DNA from: Azolla caroliniana
Lineage: Eukaryota > Plantae > Polypodiophyta
DNA length: 64,000 nucleotides
Reading direction: 5' to 3'
Assembly: GCA_043228905.1 (NCBI GenBank)
Contig: JBHGNT010000002.1
Location: 26,226,001 to 26,290,000 of the forward strand
Shown piece after piece: positions 45,981 through 58,200 of the stretch. The translations under genes and the position numbers were made by a program. The stretch's first letter is position 1; each line of letters opens with the position of its first letter. Under the pieces are notes generated by a model, which was not told the DNA's origin, made no database searches, and saw only the letters and a list, made by a program, of their open reading frames with translations.

Positions 45981-48900
45981 ATGACAGAAGAAGAAGAAGA
46001 AGAAGAAGAAATTGCAGAGGAAGGAAGGAAGGAAGAGGTAAAGTACCCAGGTATCTAATCTATCCTCCCCGTGCCAGACATCATACCTACCGACAGAGCC
46101 ATCGCTCATGCACTGAATTGGATCTTGCAGAGCGAAAATTCAATATTCCCTCTCTGCCAAGTTGGATGTTGAAGAAGCTTCTTTTATCCTAACACAGAAA
46201 GAGAGAGGGAGATATGATGATGATGATGATGATGAGGGCTTAAGGTCCTCATCCTTTTCCACTTGGTTTGGTATGAATGCATATTCAAAGTGATGTCTTT
46301 CCTTATGCTTGGTCATCATCATGCTGGACCTCCTCATCATACTCTAGGATTATCGGAGGCCGAAAGAGAGAAGAATCTTGCAGAGCAAGAATCACGCTCC
46401 CCTCTTTTGGCGCAGAAAAATGGCATTCTTAACTTCAACCGTGGAAAGAATATTGGTAATCCTTTCAAACGTGAATATTCTAAACCATCACTTGGTGGAA
46501 CACAAGGTTCTAGTTCCAGAAAAAAGTCACCGGAATCAGTTGGTGCAAATATGCAAAATTACACAAATTCTGATGGTGGGAAATTGTTTAAAGACCAAAG
46601 AATGGATCAATCATCATCAACGCCCATGAGCATTAGGAACTCCGATGTTCATATAAAAAGGGGAAAAGATGTTTCCAAAAAGCAGCAGTTAGAGAAATCT
46701 GATGGGGAAGACTGGAGAGTGCTATCGCAGACCCTATCCACAAGGCAGAAGTTTTCAGCCATATCCAATCGTGAACTAATGAGGCTAGCTGAATTGAGGT
46801 TTTCTAATGACATGCAAGAAGGAGATTCAGGGAATCAGGTGTTACTACTCCAGGTATGCATTTTTGTTTTCGACTTGAAAACTGTGGTTTTTAAGTTTCA
46901 CCATCTAGAAAAGGGAAGGAAATTATTTTTCGAGAAACTAGCTTAAAAAAACTATAATGTGAGCATTACCTGTGGATACCAATTATTCACAGTCCTAAGG
47001 TATGATAAATCATATGTACTTTTTATAGCTCAGACACCTGCATGCTCACGAATTTCCTTCAACGATTTATCTTAAAACCAACAATCTTATGCATTACCAA
47101 TGAACACCAAGGGGTGTCAGTTTATACATTCATGGGTGTAATATCTCATATCAGTTTATGATCTTCGTAGGAATGGTTAGTAATAATACGCAATTGACAT
47201 TGTAGAAGTGTAGAGGGTCATAAGGAGATCTGTAAAAGTTCATAAATGTAAAAAATAAATAGAGGTTTTCATTTGCTAGATCATGTTTTTACTTTGGAAT
47301 AAATTAACCAACTACTATTTCAATGTTTCTCATTATATTAACAAATTTGATTATTAATGATTATTTGTGTACATTGTTGTAAGCTTTCTAACTTGGGACA
47401 CATTTGTGAGTTTGCAGAAAGCACTCTTTTGGCTTGGGTACTTATCAACAAAATCTGATATCACAGGGTAAGAATGGGTTCTTGTGTTTCTTATGGATCA
47501 AAAAGACTATATTACAAGTTGCATGCATTCTATATTCTTACTATGTATTGGGGAAATATATCAGCTCTTTAAAATAGGATATTGGATTGTGTTATTAACC
47601 ATATCTATCTATCAGTTTAGCATGCAAACTGTGCAACAAAGTAACATTTGCTATTTATTTCTGTATTGTTCTTACTATATTGCATGATGGTTTTACAGCA
47701 GGAGCTACTTTTTGTGTTATAAGTGGTATGTCTCTACGTTAAAGGTCTCATGGGACATTTTCTCTGTAACCAATGACTCAATTCAAATTTGTTTTATACT
47801 GTAAATGGGAGAAGAGGCAATAGCATTTTGTTTAACCAATGATCTCATAGTTTTATTTTATAGCTCTTTCACAAACTGTTAGAATTATTAGATGCCACTG
47901 GCTGTTTTCTGCCGGTGATCCTCGGTCAATGGCATTGAAAAAATGAATAATGCAGATTAACTGAAGGAAATTATATAAACTGTTTTGAAACCTTCTATTT
48001 ATGTATATTACTCTGGTACTAGGATTTTGATACAAGCATCAATCTAGGTACTTTGGAACAGAAACAAAGCAAGCATTATGTGAATTCCAGGACACACACG
48101 GAGTAAATCAAACTGCTATATGGAGTGCTCTTTCTAAGCAAGCATTATGGCATACAATATCTGGAGAAATTTCACACAGGGTGGTGAGTACTACCTCTAT
48201 TTTTATGTCTATTTAATGGCATATATGGTCTCTTTCTCCTTGTTCATTGACCACATAATTCTGAGTCAATTGCTCTGCCAATTGCACGTTCTCTCTTGCT
48301 TAATTTATTAACACTGTATTATTCGACATTTACAGGCAGATGAGAAGATAGCCAACGCAACAGAATCTAATAGTGATAGTAGAGTGCAAGCATGGCAATT
48401 GTGGAGGCCAATGAAGTTTATAGGTACTAGGAGATTTAATGTCTATTATGGCATGCATGTAACAGCAGGCTGTTAGTGAACGTGACCTGGCTTTGCAGTG
48501 ATTTTCATCTTATGATGAAGTTATCTACATGCTCAAGACCTGATCTCCAGATATCTGCGTGTATTTCTTAACTATGTGAAAATGATGTTTACTCATGTGT
48601 GTAGGTCGATTCTGAGATTGTGTTTCCAGAACAATGTGTTGATTGTGAACTAGTATGCAGAAACTTTTGAAGCTGTGGGTGAATGGAGGCTCCTGTCAGG
48701 GATAGCGTTGTTGGTTGCTGGGGTACTCTTTGGATTAATCCTTTCAAAATATGCTCGAAGTGATTCAGTCAATGGCAAGTCTATTAAACGTCGAATCATT
48801 CGGTCCAGTGCAAAACAAAATACCATTCTTCCACCTCAGCAAGATAAAATTGCTAGTACATTTTTTAATGAAGCGGCAGTTTCATCTGAAAAGCCTACAC

Positions 48901-50409
48901 AGACAGGTAGTAAGAACAAATCTATGAAAAATATGGACATTGTTAGCCAGATAAATGATGCACGTGCTGTTGTCAATAAGGTTGTCCGTGATCCTCTACC
49001 TCAATTAAAAACTATTCCTACATCGTATACCTTCAAAAGAATTGGAAGAGAAGCATTAGGAACATCTACTCCAAAGTCTACAAAAACAGTATCTCAAGAA
49101 TCTACAAAGAGACCCACAAGCTCAAAAGCAGCCTTTGACTCATCTAACATTAGCAAACAAAGTGAATCTCGGGTCAGATCTGCACAAAGCTTTGAAAAAG
49201 GCGAGCCAAAGTCCCCATCTTTACAGACACAGGATTCTATCACTTATCACAAGCAGAATAAGTCATTCAATAATTCTTCCTTGCGAGCTTCTAATGCAAT
49301 AGATGTCACATCAATGAGCCAAAGGACCAGAACGGAAATGCCTAGTAAACGCCCAAATTCCAGTGTTTCAATGAATGAATGGACCAAGACTCTTGACAGA
49401 GAAGATGAGGTATATCTATTTCATTTGGTAATTTCGTTCATTTTACATTCTATTCTAGTTGTGCTTAGCTTCTTATTGTTGAAATTATGCAGCCAAGCAT
49501 TAAAAGACGCATTGAGGAACTACGCAAAGCTGTTGAAGCTGCTGGACAGAATGGTCAAGCTGCTGTGAATGCACTAGAGGAAGAGAGAAAAAGAAGTATC
49601 AAACTGGAAGAAAAAATTAGTCAGCAGGTAAATGAAATAGTCTCTGTACCAAATTACCAGTACACATAACCAATGGCCATCTACCTCATAATCCTTTGCA
49701 GTAGTGCACAATAGATTTGTAGGATTCCTAGTACCTGCATAATATTGATTGACACAAATAATTTGTATTTTATTCTAGGAGCATAATGTGCATGGTAGAC
49801 TATAGTTTGCATGAGTGTCATTGTAATTAGTGCATACGCAAGTAAACCCTTATTCATTGTATTTAGTGCATACTAGAGTAACCTTGAAAAGTCTATTTCA
49901 ATGTATCTTACATCATCCAGCAAATATAAAGCTTGGTGCTCTCTATATTGTAGCTTGGTTGTGTGTAGTTTTTCACTGTTCTCTTCATATCTCAATTGAG
50001 AAAAAAAAATCTCAAAAAATATGTACTTTAGTTGTAATTTATGAAGAAATATTGCACTACACGAGTTTGATAAGATGTTTTTATTCTTCCATGGCTGGTC
50101 AGACATCTGTTTTCTTGGTTTGGTCACCGATATTATTTGTTTATCTTTGTTCATGGGGGACGTGGTTTGTATAGCTGGAGAGTGATGTCAATAGATATGT
50201 TTAGCAGGGAAATTTTATGTTATACTTACATATTAGATTGGTAGATTTTTATGTGATTGATTTTTTTGGTGATGTTCAACAACAGAGGGAGTGCGCAGCG
50301 GCTCTTGAGGAGGAAGTCAGAGTCTTGAAGGTATGCATGTCATAGATTGTGTTTGTCATGTCTTTGTAATAGTGGATGATGTTATGAGACGATAGTTCAT
50401 ACATCATCC

Positions 50410-50489
<80 letters not shown>

Positions 50490-50618
50490 TTGAAAACTAT
50501 GAATGTTTTCCGTCGCGCTACAATCTTTCATGCATACTAGTGGAAGCTATTAACTTCTCATTTGTTTTGTTAGGAATCCCATGATGTACTTTTGGAATCG
50601 GTGAGAAAGAAATTTTGA
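45981..50618 (+). CDS. Uncharacterised protein: low-complexity N-terminus, one predicted TM helix, Ser/Lys-rich linker, C-terminal coiled coil (start codon uncertain)
   Basis: Spliceable exons ~46131-46270, ~46348-46853, ~48048-48183, ~48336-48424, ~48661-49409 (LLSGIALLVAGVLFGLILS), 49493-49627 (PSIKRRIEELRKAVEAAG..LEEERKRSIKLEEKISQQ), 50286-50330 (RECAAALEEEVRVLK), 50574-50618 (ESHDVLLESVRKKF*). Long open exons in AT-rich DNA. The middle junctions were not fully phase-checked. Confidence 0.75.
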
Positions 50619-51705
50619 TTCTTCCTCAACTAAAGGGCCCTCCTATTTGTATAAAGCATTCAATCATGATGATGGTAACAACAGTTTGGTGATGGTCCCT
50701 TGGGGAAGGCACCCCAGGAGAGATTTGTATAATGATCAAAGTGATATTATCACATGCAGACGCTTATGTATGATGAAGGGCCAACCAAATAGTTATGGAA
50801 GATTTCTTGTGCAATGTTTTGTCAGTTTTGTCAAGCATGCAATGATATATTATGTCTATGAGGGGCCAACATGGGACCAATCAATCAGTACAAAGCATAA
50901 ATAAAAAAGAAAGTAAGAAGCCGAAATGAAAGATCTGAATCAAACCCTAAACCCTTGTTTCTGAATTTTGCTGTTTACATCTTCTGTGAGTTTAGTTTTA
51001 TGATCAGGCAGATGAGCAAAAGAACATGCGTATTGTTGTTGGTAATGGTTCCTAACTCATTCAGAGTCCTTGAAAATTTGTACAAACTCTTAGGAATTTT
51101 GTGAAAACATGCTTGATGTCCTCATGTATGAAGCAATTCAAAGTGACATGTACATGGAGGGAACATATACCAAATATCCTCTTTTTTCTGCTCAATATTC
51201 AGCATAACCCAACTTATATTTTCAATGTGTGAGCGGGTGTGCATCAGCATGATGGCTCTCTTTGTGCATGGTGGTTCAGATGTGTCTTGGACCTTCCCCA
51301 ATCACTCTCAGTAATCCCTTTCTTTTCCTCCATTGGCTTCTTCCACTTTCTAGGAGCATTGCAAAGCATGTGGTTGTGCTCATAACTCCTAAATTACTTT
51401 TTATAAACTTTGTTTGTACTTTATTTTTACATGTCAAATTCTATTGTGTGAAGAGTGAGAGAGGAGCAATTAGGGCTTTGTAGGTTGGCGAAGTGTCATG
51501 TCCATCAATTGTATTAGCCTTTATCACATTGGGCTGTGTTAGTCCATAACAATGTATCTAGAGATTGATTTTGTGGTAAGTTGATGGGATATTTAATATA
51601 TTTTGTATTCCATCTATTGTAATTCAACTTTTGCAATTAATACAATACTATTTAGAGAGGGAATAGAATAGAATAAAATAGATGTTTATTGTCCATGATG
51701 AGGCC

Positions 51706-51739
<34 letters not shown>

Positions 51740-51740
<1 letters not shown>

Positions 51741-52105
51741 GAGGACTAGGGTCGGGCACTTGTTTCATTTGCACCATTCCATTGGAAGATAGTACACGTA
51801 GGTTCATTAAATGTCCTATAGCGCGTACCATTTGGAAGTATTTATCTAACATTTGGCAAAGTTTAACTTGTTATTTGAGACCTCAACAATGGGTTTTTTC
51901 TTAATATGTTCAAAATGGTTTAAATGTTGAGATGGAGATATTGTTCCATTTTTTATGTTATTAGGGACTACAACACAATTGGAATATGCATAATGCTTTC
52001 AAGTTTGATAGTAGACATGGGGTGAAAACCTATATGAAGTTGTTGAAAGGTATTCTTATGTGGAATTTCTGGATGTTAGAGCATGTGGGATATGTATCTC
52101 CTTCC
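51740..52105 (+). mobile_element. L1-type LINE 3' fragment (zf-RVT-like)
   Basis: GTCFICTIPLEDSTRRFIKCPIARTIWKYLS..LRPQQWVF. Homologous to 53030-53440. Confidence 0.7.
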
Positions 52106-52109
52106 TAAA

Positions 52110-52822
52110 GTCTCTAAAAAGGGGTATTCATACATTGAAGCACAAAGTCTCTATGCTTGAATAAGGCATACACATGAGCTTAGCCTTCTAGGTAGTGTCT
52201 TTTTAAGTGTCATCATATCTTGATTGAATTGCATGAAATGTTGAGCATGTGAAGAGCAAGTGCCATCCATCCTCTACCATGCCTTCATTGCATATTTTGC
52301 ATGCCTTCAAATTCATTACATTTTGATACCATGATGCAACTTCAATGCGTAACTTGTGAGATCGAGTGTAAAGTAGTGAGAGGGCTCTATAAGCATTACT
52401 ACGCACATTGGTAATGAGATAAGGTTGGATATGATTGATAGGCATCCTTGCCTTATATTGAGACCACCATTCAGGGTTGACATTTGCAATGTAGTATTCT
52501 ATCTTTGTCCTCTTAGCATCTTCCCACTTCATCCTTAATGATTCCACTAGCCTTTCCTTTATCATTACATAATGCATAACATCGCCTGAAAACTTTAAAA
52601 GATCATCCACACCCCATCTTCTGAACCATTTTCTTATGTCAACAACGCAACCGGATAGAGAAATTTACTCTTATGATTCTTTTGTAGCTTACATCTAACA
52701 TTCCAATCAAAATGTGGTAATCGATGATTCGGCATATTCTTGATTTTTGTAATGTATCTATATAATCTTTGGAGTGCCAATATTTGTATGGGCCAAACAC
52801 CTGTTTCCAAGAGCATAACTTG

Positions 52823-52825
<3 letters not shown>
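52110..52825 (-). mobile_element. RTE-like LINE 3' fragment
   Basis: MLLETGVWPIQILAL..MPNHRLP and RSHKLRIEVASW..CKICNEGMVEDGWHLLFTC are the same C-terminal motifs as the LINE at 1-2285. Confidence 0.75.
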
Positions 52826-52865
<40 letters not shown>

Positions 52866-52868
<3 letters not shown>

Positions 52869-53500
52869 CAAGGCTAAAGAAGAATGGAAAATACACAAAT
52901 CTGATCGTGGGTGGTGGCAGATCTTACAACATAGTTGGCATTCTAAATTGCCACTTGTAGCAAAGGTCTTCATTTGAAGAGTTTTCATTTGAGGATTGCC
53001 TTTGGGATTAGCTCTAAAGTGTCGTGGACAAGCAATGGGTAATTGCTTTTTTTGCACTATTCAAATGGAAGATAGTACTCATCAATTTATACAACCACAA
53101 TGTCTGATTGCTTGTCAAATTTGGAGTTATGTTTCTCAAATTTTATCACGGTGTTGTTTGACACCTAGACAATGGGTGTTTGCACAATTTACATAGGTTG
53201 ACCCAAAATCAGAGATGGAGATCATTTTTCTATTTCTGAGATATTGGGCATTGCGTCATAATTGGAACATGCGCAATGCTTTTGTATTCAATGGTAAACA
53301 TGGAGTGAATGCATATCTACGAAAGTTGAAGGGAGTACTAATGTGGCAATTTTCTTTATTGGGGCAAGTGGAAATTCTTTCCTTAGTGGAGTGTTTGTCT
53401 TGCCTATTAGCAATTCAGCATGTTCCACTACCCATGTAGTGTAGTTAGTGGGTAACCATACTCCATTGTAAGTAATGTTTTTTACACACATTTATTAATA
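52866..53500 (+). mobile_element. L1-type LINE 3' fragment (zf-RVT-like), longer copy
   Basis: GLPLGLALKCRGQAMGNCFFCTIQMEDSTHQFI..C.IACQIW..LTPRQWVF, then FLRYWALRHNWNMRNAFVF. Confidence 0.72.
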
Positions 53501-55288
53501 TAATTGTGTGTTTTGAGAGAGAGAGTGAGTGAGTGATTTAGTGCCCATAGAGAAGTGCAATTGAGCTATGCATTATGTATAGAAACTGTGAGATATATTA
53601 GAAGTGATATACAAAATAAAAAAGAGGTATATGGGGATATTTAGTACGACAAAGATCTAAAACACCAACGGCCTTGTGTTAGAAGCCTAGTAGTGTACCA
53701 CCATAAGGTAAGCTCATTAGAATAGAAATGAGAGAAACAATGGGTACATCTAATATATGCACAATGATTATGATGCCAATGCTACATAGAAAAGGGGAAA
53801 GAAATGATGCCAAATCTAGGGAACAAGTATTTGGGTACAATGTATGTTCATTGGCATCCATGACACCCCATGAAACCTCTCATTGGGTTTCTTTGAAGGG
53901 TTAGACAAATATTTTGAGTGATGTTGATCGTTTATCCTTTGTTTCATTATCATCATCAATGCCCGTCATTGACATGAATATTTATAAATAATCTTGTTGG
54001 CAATTAAACATTTACATAATAGCATTAAGTAGAATGCCATGATATATGAATAAGATCAATTTTGTTTGGCAATCAAGTATGCATAAACCTTCATAAGATT
54101 GTTTTTCATTCTAGATTTCATTGAAAGGTGAAGGACGTATAATTCGTATTTTAGCTATATTAAATACATGAATTTCTTGTGTGTGAATGTTATCATCTAG
54201 CTTGTATAACTAATTCCCTAATTGTATTTTACATGTGCACATTCATTGATTCATGTTGATCGACAAATATGGATAACCTTTATATTCTATTCTATATTTT
54301 ATCTTGTAGTTCACTCCCTAAATATTTATATGCTTTCTCTCACTTTTCAACATTTGCATTCAACTTCTATTGATCTCTTCTAATTCTCTCATGACAAAAG
54401 TGGTAAAAAAGGTTTCATTAGTATTCAATATACCTTTATACTCGCACAAAGAAAGTGAGTGTTCAAATACCTTGTAAGACCAAATGTTCAATTAATGACT
54501 ATACTAAATTCCTCATACAAATTTGTTTTCTCTTTTTTTAAGGCACTAAATGGCATAACTCCAATGCAATAAAAAATATTTCATTGCACCCCAACATGCC
54601 ATAGTTTCTCATCTTTATTAATGTAAAAATAACTCAAATATGGTCCTCAATTTACGAGGTTTATTGCATTTGTAGGTTAAAAAGGGGTCATTTCTGTGCC
54701 GAACATAGCAAAATGAGTTTCATGAGAAGCTTTTCCTACATGAGTTTCTTTGTACTATGGCAATAGTGGTCACTACTAATCACGATTGATTTTATGTTAC
54801 AACATTGTGACTTAGTAAGAGGACATGACTTATTCTCTAAATCCTAAAACCCCGTTACATTATGTGTATGCTCATACGAGATGCCTATCCCATGATTCTC
54901 TACTAAATTCTGAAATTCTAGTAATAAGTATCTGTAGGAAAACCTCATTATATGATTTCTTTACATGTAGGCATTCACTTGAGGGAGAGTTTAACATCCC
55001 ATCAATTTCCTATAACAAAGATCCTAACAAAAGTATATACAGTATAAGAGTTGTACACGTTTACCAATCAGAGGAATAGAGTCATGATTCATAAGACACT
55101 TTCATAAGTCAAGTTTATGTAGCATTTTTTATAGAACAGGTGACAAATGGCCACAAATGTTAGCCCATGTACAACAATTGAGAGAATAAATTGGTTAAGA
55201 AAACAAGATCACACCTACTAACATGAGATATGTTTCCTTTCTGTTTTGTTTTGTTTCACAATGTTCTTTTACATTTTTCCACATTATC

Positions 55289-58200
55289 TTACTGAGTTGC
55301 TAAGAAACTCTTCTGGCTTGCTGGCATTCCAGCAACCACACTTCCTTCAATACCACACTCATCCGTACCTCTGACAATCATAAAGTAACCATCCTGCCGA
55401 AGTTAAATCAGTCCAAACAAACAAGAATGAGCTATAGATAATGAATAACTGATTCTTACAAGAAGAAAAAGATAAAATAAAGGGCTTTCTCAGTCTTTAT
55501 TTTGGATATTATATATACATACAAAATACCCACATAAAAAGGAAATGCTATGAAAGAGCTTTTCTGGTGTTACAAAAAGGACTTTTGATACATGCAATGA
55601 AAAATGAGATCTGCCGAGATAGAAAACATGTGATTGTTTTAAGTACCGAACTTATTTCTCTTTTGTCAAATTTAAAATCAATAGCAATGCGCCCAGAGTT
55701 GATCAATATGGCTGATGTAGAAAAAAACCGAGTATCGGAAAGTCATTTGAACCCAGAACCATATATTGTAGTGACTATCATAGACCTAGACTAACGTTTG
55801 TGAACCTAAAATGAACACTATATAAGCAGAGCTAAAGATCTATAAAACAAATAAAGTTTTACGAAAACATGGCTGCATCATGCATGCAAGACAGTTGGAA
55901 AGTGGGTTCTTATGCCAACTTTACCACTCCTTGGCATCATTTTAACTCCTCGTATATGCTTTAAAGCCAATAAATTATGTATATTTTTCATAAAGTGACA
56001 ACACCGAACCCATTGCTCAAGACCCAAACCATAACCTTGATATTGCAGAGGTCAAACTTCATCACTTCACCATAGTGAAATTTAAAATGCTGTCAAGGTA
56101 CGCTCATGAATCTAAAAGAATTAATTAGGGCATTTGAATTCTCTTATATGATGTATAAATTACTATAATATGGCTTTATTTACTAGCGGGAGAATAACTT
56201 ATGGTAAGATATTGGTTGGCATTGGCCTTTCTTTCCTAAATATACTAAGAGTTTGATTCTTAGTAGTGTATATCAGATTGTTTCCAGATATTAAATATTG
56301 GTCTTTTGAATATCCTTTTTATCTCTTTATTGTCATATATGAGTTGTGTTACGCTTATACATGAAATTCTACTTTTATATAGAATTCCTCCAGCAATCTA
56401 ATTTTCAAAAACAGCAAATTTCAGTTCTCATAATGGGGATTCTCCCTTTAAACCATTTGTTGTGATGGTTGGGCAAGAGTTTCATGTGTGCATTCCCTGT
56501 GAACGCCATGCTACTTCACATACAAGAAATAGTGAAGATTGATATGGAGAGAAGGCCTTACCTCCTCCCCATGTTAGCAAAATCTGTAGGAGTGATAAGT
56601 TACATTGAGTTTCATTAGTATGTCATCACTATGGGTACATTTAACTATAATTGTAACTTTGATCACTGACTTTTATCCCTTCTCACTTGAGCTCAATTCT
56701 TAGGGATTGGTGTTTCGACCATCCAGTGCCTTGCAAACATACTTGACATAGAATCGCGTTATCAATTAACTAGAATTGTAACTTTGATTCACTGATTTTT
56801 ATCCCCCTCTCATCTTGAGCTCAATTCTTCGGGATTGGTGATTCAACCCTCCAGTGCATAATAAACATACATATGTACGTTATGTCATCACTATGGGTAC
56901 AACAAAGCCATGTGATAATACTCATGTTATCAATTAACTATAACTGTAACCTTGATTCGCTAACTTTCATCCCCCTCTCATTTTGAGCTCAATTCTTAGG
57001 GATTGATGTTTCGACCATCCAGTGCCTTGAACACATACTTGACGTAGAATCGTGTTATCAATTAACTATAATTGTAACATTGATTCACAGACTTGCAACC
57101 CCCTCTCATCTTGAGCTCAATTCTTAGGGATTGGTGTTTCGACCATCCAGTGCCTTGCAAACATATATGACATAGAATCACATTATCAATTAACTATAAT
57201 TGTAACTTTGATTAGCTGTTTTTATCCCCCTCTCAAATTGAGCTATCTTGCAAACATACTTACGACATTATGTATGATCTTCATTAGTATGTCATCACTA
57301 TGGGTACAAGAACGCCCTGTGATAATACTCATGTTATCAATTAACTATGATTGTAACCTTGATTCGCCAACTTTTATCCCCCTCTCATCTTGAGGTCAAT
57401 TCTTCGGGATTGGTGTTTCGACCATCCAGTGCCTTGAACACATACTTGACGTAGAATCATGTTATCAATTAACTATAATTGTAACATTGATTCACAAACT
57501 TGCAACCCCCTCTCATCTTGAGGTCAATTCTTAGAGATTGATGTTTCGACCATCCAGTGCCTTGCAAACATACATGACATAGAATCACGTTATCAATTAA
57601 CTGTAATTGTAACTTTGATTAGCTGTTTTTATCCCCCTCTCAAATTGAGCTATCTTGCAAACATACTTAAGACATTATGTATGATCTTCATTAGTATGTC
57701 ATCACTATGGGTACAAGAAAGCCATGTGATAATTATCATGTTATCAATTAACTATAATTGTAACCTTGATTCACTGACTTTTATCCCCTTCTCATCTTGA
57801 GCTCAACTCTTAGGGATTGGTGTTTCAACCATCCAGTGCCTTGCACACATACTTGACATAGAATCGTGTTATCAATTAGCAATAATTGTAACTTTGATTC
57901 GCAGACTTTTAACCCCCTCTCATCTTGAGATCAATTCCCAGTGCCTTGCAAACATATACTTGACATAGAAGCTGTGCCAAATTATGGAAATACAAATGGT
58001 GCCATATAGGAGTTCTCATTATGCAACTGTCTCATGTGTGCCTAGCCAACATACTTAAACATAGAATTTGTCCCAAATTATGGAAAATACAAATGGTGCC
58101 CTATAGGACTTCTCATTATGTGATAGTCTCATGTGCAATCGTTTTAGAATCAAAACCTTTGATTGATCTGTGGTTACCTAGAATGTTTCGTACATACGGG

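Noticed and set aside
56612-57970. CRISPR-like array or repeated 61-aa ORFs (57208, 57615)
   Set aside because: The whole unit repeats with no unique spacers, the context is a eukaryotic intron with no cas genes, and the ORFs are by-products of the 407-bp repeat.
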